DNA of 64,000 bases from Octopus sinensis (lineage: Eukaryota): contig NC_043000.1 of assembly GCF_006345805.1 (NCBI RefSeq), positions 127,286,001 to 127,350,000 of the forward strand, given 5' to 3'. The translations under genes and the position numbers were made by a program. Shown piece by piece: positions 1 through 64,000 of the stretch (its first letter is position 1; every line of letters begins with the position of its first letter). A model generated the notes under the pieces. That model saw nothing but the letters and a program-made list of their open reading frames with translations. It ran no database searches and was not told the origin of the DNA.

Positions 1-329
1 ACCTCTTCCACAGGTTCCCTCAACTGCTAGGGAGTGGCACTTTTTCACACAGCTATCCTCTTCCATTCTCGCCACATGACCGTACCAGCACAGTCGTCTC
101 TCTTGCACACCACATTATATATCATTAGCATGCTGGATGAAATGCTTAGCAGTATTTCACCCATTGTTATGTTCTCAGTTCAAATTCTGCCAAGGTCAGC
201 TTTGCCTTTCATTCTTTCGGGGTTGATAAAATATGTACCAGTTGAACAATGGAGTCGATGTAATCAACTCATCCCCACCTCCCCCAAGATGCTCTTGTGG
301 CAAAAATTTGAAACAATTATTACAATATA

Positions 330-356
330 TGTGTGTGTGAGTGTGTGTGTGTGTGT

Positions 357-400
<44 letters not shown>
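330..400. repeat. (TG)n microsatellite
   Basis: Direct inspection. Confidence 0.95.
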
Positions 401-402
<2 letters not shown>

Positions 403-786
403 TAAGTGAAGGCAGTTGGCTTACTGGTTAGAGATGCTGCACTTACAATTTCAAAATTGAGGTTTCATTCCCAAAACCAGCTGCACATTGTGTTCTTCAA
501 TAAAACACATCATTTAACATTGTTCTTGTACATTCAGCAGCAAATAGGCAACCCTGTGATGGTCTGGTATTCCATTCAGGAAGAATGGCATGTTTGCCTG
601 TCTGCCTGCCTAGCCAGTATGGTGGCATGGTTTGAAGTAGAAACAATGCAAAGAACATTGTGATCAGTGAATTATAACAATATTTGATAGTCTGATTGAT
701 ACCATGATGTGTGTGTATGTGTGTGTGAGAGAGAGAGTGTGTGTGTATGTAGAGGTGTGGATTATTTGTGTGGTTAAGTTGTTCTA

Positions 787-1020
787 GGCAGTGAGCTGGC
801 AGAAACATTAGCACGCCAGGTGAAATGCTTAGCAGTATTTCGTCTGCTGTTACATTCTGAGTTCAAATTCCGCTGAAGTCAACTTTACTTTTCATCCTTT
901 CGGGGTCGATAAAATAAGTACCAGTTATGCACTGGGGTCGATGCAATCGACTGAATCCTTTTGTCTGTCCTTGTTTGTCCCCTCTATGTTTAGCCCCTTG
1001 TGGGCAATAAAGAAATAAAT
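787..1020 (+). mobile_element. tRNA-derived SINE family A (full copy, aataaagaaata tail) inside a family B head
   Basis: B-box GAGTTCAAATTCC; cctttcggggtcgataaa central motif; many copies in window. Confidence 0.8.
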
Positions 1021-2203
1021 ATTAAATAGTTCACTTCCCAACTATGCGGTTTTAGGATCAACACCACTGCATGATTCCTAAAAGAAGTGTCTTCTACTCT
1101 AAAACCAGGCCAACCAATGCCATGGAAGGGAATTGGGTAGATGGAAACTATAGTCAGCCTGGTGTGGATGGGTGGGTGGGGGTTGAATTATATTGATGCT
1201 GACATTACTGATGTTGACATTATGACCAGCCGCTGTACATTTTTGAAGGTCTGTGGAATAAAGATATCCCTAAATAGAAAAACAAGCAAAGAAGGTGACA
1301 AGAAGAGGATTTGGCTGTAAACGCCATGTCTCATATACATCTCTACCCAAACTAATGCTAGCATGGAAAACTGGAAATTAACTGAACAATAGCATTTTCA
1401 TGATAGATGCCTACATATGATGATTTTTTCAAGTGGAATATGGCTGTTGTACAGCACCCCGTTACATATAATATATAATCAGAACCAGAGCCTAGTTCCA
1501 GTGCCAAGACACTAAGAAGACTCTGATTTAAGGCTCACTTCAAGAGTAGTTATTTATGTTCTGTCAGAAAGATCCACAAAAAAATTTGAACTCGGGACTG
1601 AAAACTGATGAAGAATTCACCAATTTTGCAACACTGTACTTTTGCATACAATAACAGGGTGTTCCTATCCTACAAATTTGTATTTACAGCTAGGTTCACT
1701 AAATTTCTTGAATGTTAAGTGGTTAAATGTCTAAATCATAAGATGTATGCCACTATCTTGCATATATACATGGATATATAATTTATTAATAATCATGATA
1801 TTTTAAACGTCTAACATCCCATATTTTCATTAATTGTCTTTCCTAATTCTGCATCTATGAGAGTGAATATGTGTTTGTGTGTGTCCATCGTGGGCCACAT
1901 ATGTGTTTAGAATGACCAAGATTTCAGAAGCTATGAGCTATAGATTCAACACTTGCTAAAAATATTCTATCAGCAGAAAACTGAACAACAGTTCCAATAT
2001 GTAATAGCAGTTACTAGATTAAGAGACTGGGTACAATACACTACTTAAAAACATGTGATCAAACATTTGCAAAGTAAGATTCTAGCTTCAGGGAGAAATT
2101 GGCATAAAACAATGAAATAGAACAATAAATCCACAAGCAAATAGTAAATGTTTTCCCAACATCTTAAGCTTTCATTCGAAGGAGGAACTAATAAAATTCT
2201 TAC

Positions 2204-55666
<53,463 letters not shown>

Positions 55667-56100
55667 CTATAAATTAAATAAATAAATTAAATAGATTAAT
55701 AAATAAATATCAAATCAATAACTGTTGGTAAATTAAATAAATAAATCAACATTAAATGAATAACTGTCAGTATATGAAATAAATAAATAAATAAATGAAT
55801 GGATGAATATTAAATAATAATGGACAAAGTCAAGACTATTGAAAAGGTTGCAAGACGCAATGAAAATTTTAGGAAAATAAAAATAAGAAATAAGTGGTAA
55901 TTTTACCGGTGAGCGTGTTACATTACAAGGCACAAAAAGAAAATGACTCTCCCCAGACACAACAGAAATTGCAAACAAATTTCTTCAAAATTGAAGAGTC
56001 AAATGAAAGACAACAAAATGAATGATGAAGGAAAATAATTGGAAAAACTTTATACATTATGTCTGATATCAAATGGGATAAGTTGCCAGCAAGCTATTGA

Positions 56101-56806
56101 CCCTTTCGTTATCATATTTCTTTTGAGATGCTCTGTATTTCTTTCAATTAATTTTAAATATAACAAAATATTTAGTAAAATAATTTAGTTATCATTAAGA
56201 GAGTGTTAGGAACATAAATTGTGACTGAGGTTTGGTTGAAGATTTTAATTCAGAACTTATAAAAACAAGACATTTGTATTACAGAGCCAGAGGCAGTTTC
56301 AGCTGGGTTGGTATCATTGTCATGATTATCATCATCCAGCGTTTTAAATCTGGGTTTTGTCCTTGTTAATTGGGGTTGCCAGATCTACCTCAATGCCATA
56401 GCAATCATCCTCACACCATCTCGCCATCTTGCCCAGTTTTGGACATCCTCCTTTTTCACCCCCCCCCCATCTCCTCCTCCAACTATCCCCTCAACCTTTT
56501 CCTCAGTCTTCCTCACTTTCACGCTCCATTTACTTCAAACACAATCACCTTCCTCAAAACATGCCCTTCATCCCTCCTCAACACATGCCCATACCACCTC
56601 ACTCTATTTGCTCTTGCCAACCATTCCACCAATTCCTCCAACCCCAGCACTCCCATCAAATCCTCAGTCCTCTTCTTATCAAACAGCTTCATCCCACACA
56701 TTTCTCTCACCGTTGCTCTCTCAGTCCTTCTCAAAATTACCATCTCTCTCTCTCCCTCAGACACCATGTTTCATTCCCATACAGCATTGCAGCTCTATCG
56801 AAAGGG
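56101..56806. mobile_element. TTAA MITE copy split by the RTE insertion in its right TIR
   Basis: ttga|ccctttcgttatc...ggttggtatc [RTE 56316-56795] tatcgaaaggg|ttaa. Confidence 0.72.
56316..56795 (-). mobile_element. 5'-truncated RTE-clade LINE (ORF2 C-terminus and (GAT)n-like tail)
   Basis: AAMLYGNETWCL / EREMVILRRTERA..MCG / RVRWYGHVLRRDEGHVLRK / KEDVQNWARWR, typical RTE C-terminal motifs; frameshifted; inserted into a MITE. Confidence 0.85.
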
Positions 56807-56841
56807 TTAAAAACCTCTTTAGAATGTAAAGTCATATCTAG

Positions 56842-57405
56842 TGAAGGCTCATGGCTAAGTGCTTAGGGTAGTCAAGTCAAGATCATAAGGTTGAATTTGA
56901 TACCTGGTGGCATTTTGTGCCCTTGAGCAAGACATTTTATTTCACATTGCTTCAGTCTATTCACCTGGCAGAAATGTGTAGTACCAAAGGTGGCGAGCTG
57001 GCAGAAACGTTAACATGCCGGGCGAAATGCTTAGCGGTATTTCATCTGCTGTTACGTTCTGAGTTCAAATTCCGCCAAGGTCAACTTTCCTTTCATCTTT
57101 TCGGGGTTGATAAATTAAGTACCAGTTACACACTGGGGTCGATGTAATCGACTTAATCCCTTTGTCTGTCCTTGTTTTCCCCTCTATGTTTAGCCCCTTG
57201 TGGGCAATAAAGAAATAAGAAATATGTAGTACTTGTAATTCAAAGGGCCAGCCTTGTCACATCCTGTGTCACGCTGAATTTCCCTGAGCACTATGTTATG
57301 GGTAAGCATGTCTGTGGAGTGTTCAGCCACTTATTCATTAATATCATGGGCAGCTGTTCCATGACTGGACCAACCAGAACCCTTGTCATCACAACTGACA
57401 GAATG
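56842..57405 (+). mobile_element. SINE family D, interrupted by SINE A
   Basis: Co-linear with 22665-22975 once 56985-57232 is removed. Confidence 0.75.
56985..57217 (+). mobile_element. SINE A with 15-bp TSD inside a family D SINE
   Basis: agaaatgtgtagtac 56970-56984 vs agaaatatgtagtac 57218-57232. Confidence 0.87.
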
Positions 57406-60059
57406 CTAGTTATATTCATATCTACACAACATAATTCGAATGAGTCAGTCTCCAGTCTTACAAAAAGGGAAGAAGTCAATGGAAGCCTGGTTTAAATGCT
57501 TGCAACAGAATGGATTCATCCACTAAAAGTAACCACAGTGCCAAGCAATGATGCTAACCAGGTGATGGGTTAGGTCTACTACCCATGAATACTGCTAGCT
57601 ACATTGAAACCTAGCATTTTAATTAGAACTTCCAAAAGCTGATCCATGAACCAGTTCAGACCATGAGCTGAGAAGTTCTGAGTTATTCAGGTGAGTTCAG
57701 TAATATTACTTATAGATACAGGTGCAGGTATGGCTGTGTGGTAAGAAGATTGCTTCCCAACATGAGTTCACGATCAGCTCCACTGTGTGGCACCTTGGGC
57801 AGGTGTCTTCTACTATAGTCCTAGCTTGACCAAAGCCTTGTGAGTGAATTTGGTAGGCAGAAATTGAAAGTCCATCATGCATGCATGCATGCATGTGTGC
57901 GTTACCATTTTCTTGCCTTGACTTTGCATGATAGTTGCAAAATGAATGTTACTGTCATGCAAATGGTATCCTTCTTTCCAATCTTCAGAGAAAGAATATC
58001 TGGTCATGGGGATATATTACCTTACTTGGAAACAGATGAAGTTTGTTAAAACAAGAAGGGCATCGTGCAATAGAAAAACTGATTCAAAAAATTCTGTCTG
58101 ACCCACACAAGCCTGGAGAAGTGAACATTAAAGTGACACCGCCGACGACATTAACAGCATGTAGGTGTTCTGCATATCACCATGTGTCTGCATGTATGAT
58201 TGTACCAAGATTCCTAAGAATTTAATTTCAGAGTGTCACTAAATTGTACAGCAAATCTATTAATATACATAGCTCTGATGTATTTAGAAAGACATTTTCT
58301 GACAAGCAGGTTGAAATGTTTTTAATCAAGTGTTTTCTAAAGATGACAGCCATGTATTGCTGTCCTTCAGTCCTTTCATTCACCCATCCTTTATCTCTCT
58401 ATCTCTTTCACACACACATTATTCCTTCCCTCGTCACATAATTTTATACACAGAAAGATGGTTGAAGAAATGGTCTGACAAACAAAAATGTCTAGCCACA
58501 ACTTTGGAGGTTACTTGAGTGCGATACCGAACACTGTGAAAGTATTTACAGAATCAGTCACTTAAATGACGTTTGACTTCACCCACAGAGAAAATCAAAA
58601 TGGCAGTGAATGTGTAATCAAAACGATCAGAGGCACTGAACTAAGTTTTGGAATCAATTATGAGTCTGCTGGCAGACATAAAGAGAGAAGAGTAACATAG
58701 CAGATGGGAACCTCTAAAGGTGCTGGGTTGTATAACAGGAGGGAAAGGAGTTTTTAAATAAGAGATTAATGGAGATTTTTGTACCGTTTGAAAGAGATGA
58801 GAGGAGGATTAGGAACAATCATGCTTGAATGGTGCTTTTTACGTGCCACTGGCACAGAAACGTTGTAGAAAAGAGAATACTGTCTTTGGGATGGTGTATG
58901 TGTGTTTAGGGCAAATGTACAGAGGCTTTGTTAGTGACCTGGGATCACTGGAATGCAAAGTTGACTCAGGGTACAGAGTAACCCCATGTTGGGAAGAAAT
59001 GGTGCATTTCATTAGATTTGGAAAAGAAGAAAAAAAATCAATAAAATCTGTGTTTTAACTACAAAGTTATCAGAATCAACGAAATTGCAAGAATGGTATG
59101 GCAGTTGTAGTGCGAGCAGGGTGAGAAGAAAAGTAGGGTGTTCGTGTGTGTGTGTGTGTGAGGAATAGAGATAGAAATGTGTTTTCAATAGTGACAGAGA
59201 TATCCAGGAGGGTAACAGTAGCATTGGAGATGATGGCCATAAATTTCAGACATAGGCAATTAATTGGTTTCTAATTCTGACACAAGGCCAACAATTTTGG
59301 ATGGGGTGGGTCTAAGTTGGTTACATTGACCCCAGTGTTCAATTGGTAATTATTTTATCAACCCTGAAAGGATGAAAGGGAATGTTGCGCTCAGAATAAT
59401 AATCCTTTCTGTTATAAGCATCAGGCCTGAAATTTCATGGGAGGGGAGTAGTCGATTACATTGACCCCAGTGCTTGAATAGAACTTGTTTTATCAACCCT
59501 GTAAGGATGAAAGGCAAAGTCAACCCTAGTAGAATTTGGACTCAGAACATAACGACAGAAGAAGCTAAGCATGTTGCCCAGTATGCTAGCAATTCTGTCA
59601 GCTTACTGCCTTAAACATAGGCAATTAGTTGATTCCCTAAGGAATGCAGTAGCACCACTATAACAGTTCCCTTTTACCGAACTGCTAAGTTATGGGGACA
59701 TAAACACACCAGCATCGGTTGTCAGGTGATGTTGGAGGGACAAACACAGACACACAAACATATACACACACACACACATATATATGACGGGCTTCTTTCA
59801 GTTTCCATCTACCAAATCCACTCAAAGCTTTAGTCGGCCAAGGTTATAGTAGAAGTCACTTGCCCAGTGGGACTGAATCTGGAACCATGTGGTTGGCAAG
59901 CAAGCTACTTACCACACAGCCACTCCTATGCTTACATTATATTATATTATATTATATTTCACTGATTTTTTTCTATAGTAGAGTATTAACCAGTAATAGT
60001 TACAATATAGTTTTATTTTCTTTGAAACTGTTTCTTTATTTGTTGTTATTGTTTAATTT

Positions 60060-60240
60060 TAGGTCAGACCTGATCAAACAGACTTATGTTCAAAGTTATG
60101 CCACCCATGAATATCACATTTCTTTATCTTTCAAACATAGTGTATAAAGGGACACATTATCCAAAATGTCCTTCCTTCCTTTTTAAATATGGTATGGGAT
60201 AATTTGATGTGGATCTGGCAGCTCTTTCTAACAGGTCAAA
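60060..60240 (+). mobile_element. Interspersed repeat family F (fragments also ~3600-3670, 7860-8030, 25400-25450, 25680-25750, 60560-60710)
   Basis: Recurrent acattatcca..tgtcctt and gatttgagagagatttggctgctatttctagcagg-like blocks. Confidence 0.5.
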
Positions 60241-60313
60241 CAATTGCACTGACACTCCTTTGGTGACCAATTTCTTTAATATTTTGTAAGTTGTTTAATA
60301 TTTGATATTTTGT

Positions 60314-60314
<1 letters not shown>

Positions 60315-60364
<50 letters not shown>

Positions 60365-60404
60365 CAGCAGCAGTAGCAGCAGTAGTAGTAGTAGTAGTAG
60401 TAGC

Positions 60405-60436
<32 letters not shown>

Positions 60437-60450
60437 CAGCAGCAGTAGTA
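60315..60450. repeat. (TAG)n tract with (CAG) interruptions
   Basis: Direct inspection. Confidence 0.95.
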
Positions 60451-62031
60451 ACATTGTATCACCATATATTCAGGATATTAATAACACAATTCTATGATAT
60501 TTACACCTTATTTCACATTTTCTGTACAACTGACATATATATTCTTTTACAAGCAGACCTATAATCAAAGATATTCCAACTGGCCATCCCTTTTATTTTT
60601 TTTTCCAGACATAATGTATTTTGGACAACATTATCCAGTCTGTTCCTTCTACGATGGTAGGATGTCATTTGAGGTGGAGTGAGTTACTATCTCTAGCTGA
60701 TCAGCTAATCACATGCTTCACTCTCTCCCTCCCTCCATCTCTTATTGATTCGTTTCTGTAATAGTAGAGATTGGAAACACTTCCCAACTGGGTGAACAAA
60801 TAAGCATTTTACTGTGATACATAAATGATGCCAACTATTTTTACTTAGTTCAAAGCAGGAGGAGTCTTGGTTAAAGAAACACATTACAAAATCTTTGGTA
60901 TGGTTCCTATTGTTGCAATGCACATAGTAACCTCACATGTTTTGTGTGTGCTAAAGATTCAGAGATAACAGTTTCTACGAGAATGAACATAGCTTCCTTT
61001 TGTAAGGTTATTTTTCTGTATTGATATAATCCTTATAAGGATGTATGTTCTCCCTAAATTAATAATTTTCAACACTTTCTATGTGAATGAGATTCCTATT
61101 TTGTGGAGATTTTTAAAGAAAATGTCTATTACATTTGGCATTTCTTCAATGAAGGATACTCCAACATTGGTGTAGACTGACAGGCATACAGATAGTAAAA
61201 CATAGGCCATTAAACATATGTAGATACGGAAAGCAGACAGTTGCACTGTATGTCTAAGTGATATGAACTCACAAGATTTTGGTCAGCATCCAGTACATAG
61301 TGTAAAGTAGTTAGCACTAAGAAGGGCAACCAGCTGCAGAAACCGTGCCAAAGTAGACAGTGAATCATGCATGATGCAGTCCTTGAACCTGTTGGATTCC
61401 ATCAAACCATCCAACCCATGCCAGTATGGAACATAGACTTTAAATGATGATGACAGTAAGGAAGGGGACTTTTTCAATGGCTAAGCCAGAGGAAGAAGCA
61501 TAAGGCTCCATGGTCCTTTCCCAGATTTCTGAGAATAATGAAAGGAAAGGAAGAAGTTATCTTTAGATTGGATTTTTGATCACAACACTTGCAACATACT
61601 GGATCCTACCAAAGGTACCTAAGCCTCACATAGTGTGTTAAACTGAGTGATAAGTTAAGATATCTCCAACCCTGAAGAACTGGAAAGAACTTTCCAACAA
61701 GCTTCAGCACAATTTCTGTCCACCAAATTTCTCTCTCAAGGTTTTGGTGGATCCATGACAATATTAAAACAACACTTGCCCAAGGCACCACACAACTGAA
61801 TCAGCATTGTTGTAATAAAGCAAACCAGTTAACAACATAGTCACAACCTAGCCTGCACTCACATAAGAGTCAACAGGCCTGCAGCTTAATCAAATAAATA
61901 TGTTGTTACATGAAACAGGATCAAAGGAATGGTCTAATACCATACTTTAGGCTAACCTAACACTTGCCAGCAAGGGAAAAGGGACATTAAAACAATGATT
62001 ATGATAAATGTGTATGTGTGTGTGTGTATGT

Positions 62032-62070
<39 letters not shown>

Positions 62071-63544
62071 TGTGTGTGTGTGTGTGGTAGTGAGGTATGT
62101 ATAAGTGTGTGTGTGTGCATGTGTGTGCATATGTGAGTGACTGTATGTGTATGTGTGTGTGAGTATGTAGGTACAGGAATATATGAGAGTATGTGTGAGT
62201 GTGTGAGAGAAAGCTTGAATGTCTATTAAGACTTGCTAATATATACACACACACACACACACGTGTGGGCACACATTCGGAGCATGTTAAGGCAGACATT
62301 TATTAGTTTATGATAAACTTCTTGAAAAAAGTCATAAATTTTACTTGGCGTGTCTTTTCACCTCAGTGTGTTATCTGTGCCATTTATAGAGATAGAGAAA
62401 TGTCTCACAGCCAGACATTCTCACAGAATCTATACTACTGGCTGATTTTATTTTTTAATTTATACTACCTAACTTTTGTAATTTTGATGGGAACTGATAA
62501 AATAGTAACCATAAAAAAAATAAATAACACATTTCAGAGAATATGAATTAATTATGTGTATCTGTGTGTGTGTGATACTCCATCTAGTGAGAGTGAGAGA
62601 TAAATGTGTACATTAAATGATGTATATATATATACACACACAAACACGTGAGTGTATGCATTTATATATATATAAATATATATATATAAACATACATGCA
62701 CACACACATAGAGAAAGAAAGAAAGAAAGAAAGAAGGAAGGAAAGAAGGAAAGACTGATAGATATTTAGCATCTTACAACAAGGTTAAGTATAAATTCTC
62801 ATGTAGAATTAATAATAAAATGAAATTTCATATATTTCATATTAGAAGAAAAATTTCCTAGTAATCTAACAATCGTCAAATAATAAGACACCTCAAAGAA
62901 TACAAATTAATTAATTCTGTATGTGTATATTTAGCCACTACAATAAGGGTTAGTGTGTATTCTCGTGCTGAATTAAAAATGAAATATTATTTTGTATTAC
63001 AAAAATTTTCCAGTAATGCACCAGTATAATTAATAGTGTGTCTTCATCTCTCTGTCGGTCCATTCCCAACATGTACATATAAAGTAATTAGCTGCTATTG
63101 TACTTTCACTATATCTGAATTTCATGGAAACAGCGACAAGTTGTGATACTTTCATTATTTCTGTATTTCATGTTAACAGTAACAGGTTGTTTAGCTAAAT
63201 ACAGTGTAGAACAAATACACATGCAAGTTGAACAAACTATGCATAAATTGTATATAGCCTTATGTATTCCATTTGTGCCGTATTACTGAGTAGAAATGTA
63301 CATAATAAGCTTCCCTGTTCAGGTGTGCATGTTTATGTATAATTATACTTATAATGTTACACACACAGACACATTATACACACACATATATACACACAGA
63401 GAGACACATACATGCACACACACAGATACATACATACATATAAATGTATGTACATACATCTCTGTAACTTATTGGTTTGGCAAAAGAGACTGATAGTATG
63501 TGGTTTAAAAAATATGTACTGGAGTTGGTTTATTTAACTAGTCA

Positions 63545-63935
63545 CTTCATGGCAGTACCCCAGCATGGCCACAGTCCAATGACTGAAATAAGTGAAATAT
63601 ATATATAGTGTGTGTGCGTGTGTGTGTATATAAAGGATGGGGTATTCTATCAGTCTCTTTTGCTGAACCACTAAGTTACGGGGACATAAACACACCAGCA
63701 TCGGTTGTAAAGTAATGTTTGGCGGGGAGACAAACACAGACATACAAACATACATATATATATATATACATATATACGACGGGCTTCTTTCAGTTTCTGT
63801 CTACCAAATCCACTCACAAGGCTTTGGTCAGCTTGAGGCTATAGTAAAAGACACTTGCCCAAGGTGCCATGCAGTGGGACTGAACCAGGAACCATGTGGT
63901 TCAGAAGCAAGCTACTTACCACACAGCCATTCCTA
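63545..63935 (-). mobile_element. SINE family B copy
   Basis: Co-linear with other B copies. Confidence 0.75.
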
Positions 63936-63954
63936 TGCCTATATATATATATAC

Positions 63955-63985
<31 letters not shown>

Positions 63986-64000
63986 AGTGTGTGAGGGCAC

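Noticed and set aside
55667-64000. Search for further upstream exons or an internal promoter (unique patches at ~58400-58750, 60700-60950, 63000-63300)
   Set aside because: No open, splice-bounded, spectrin-like frame was found and promoter calls cannot be supported from sequence alone; treated as one intron longer than 8.3 kb.

Overview
AT-rich, intron- and repeat-dominated animal genomic DNA. The SINE, MITE and microsatellite content looks like an octopod cephalopod genome (inference, not verified). The whole window lies inside one large minus-strand gene. I hand-assembled 19 coding exons between 55666 and 2204, all with GT-AG boundaries: 4809 nt, 1603 aa, one uninterrupted frame, about 15 spectrin-type repeats. 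No start, stop, CH or KASH domain is present, so the gene is partial at both ends; it is most consistent with a giant nesprin-1/SYNE1/Msp300-like protein. 17 of the 18 internal introns are phase 0, and exons or exon pairs equal one ~107-aa repeat. Introns hold several tRNA-derived SINE families (my labels A, B, D, E, F), RTE-type 3' ends (label C), decayed RTE and R4/Dong-like LINE fragments, TTAA- and TA-flanked MITEs, foldback elements, a 119-bp TG..CA solo-LTR-like insert and many microsatellites. Many of these are nested with visible target-site duplications. I found no convincing evidence of a new multi-gene system. The best leads are a near-perfect 49-bp intronic hairpin, the tiny solo-LTR-like element, the exon-per-repeat architecture and several candidate splicing or editing structures. 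Exon, TSD and hairpin coordinates were counted by hand; other repeat boundaries are approximate (about +/-20 bp).
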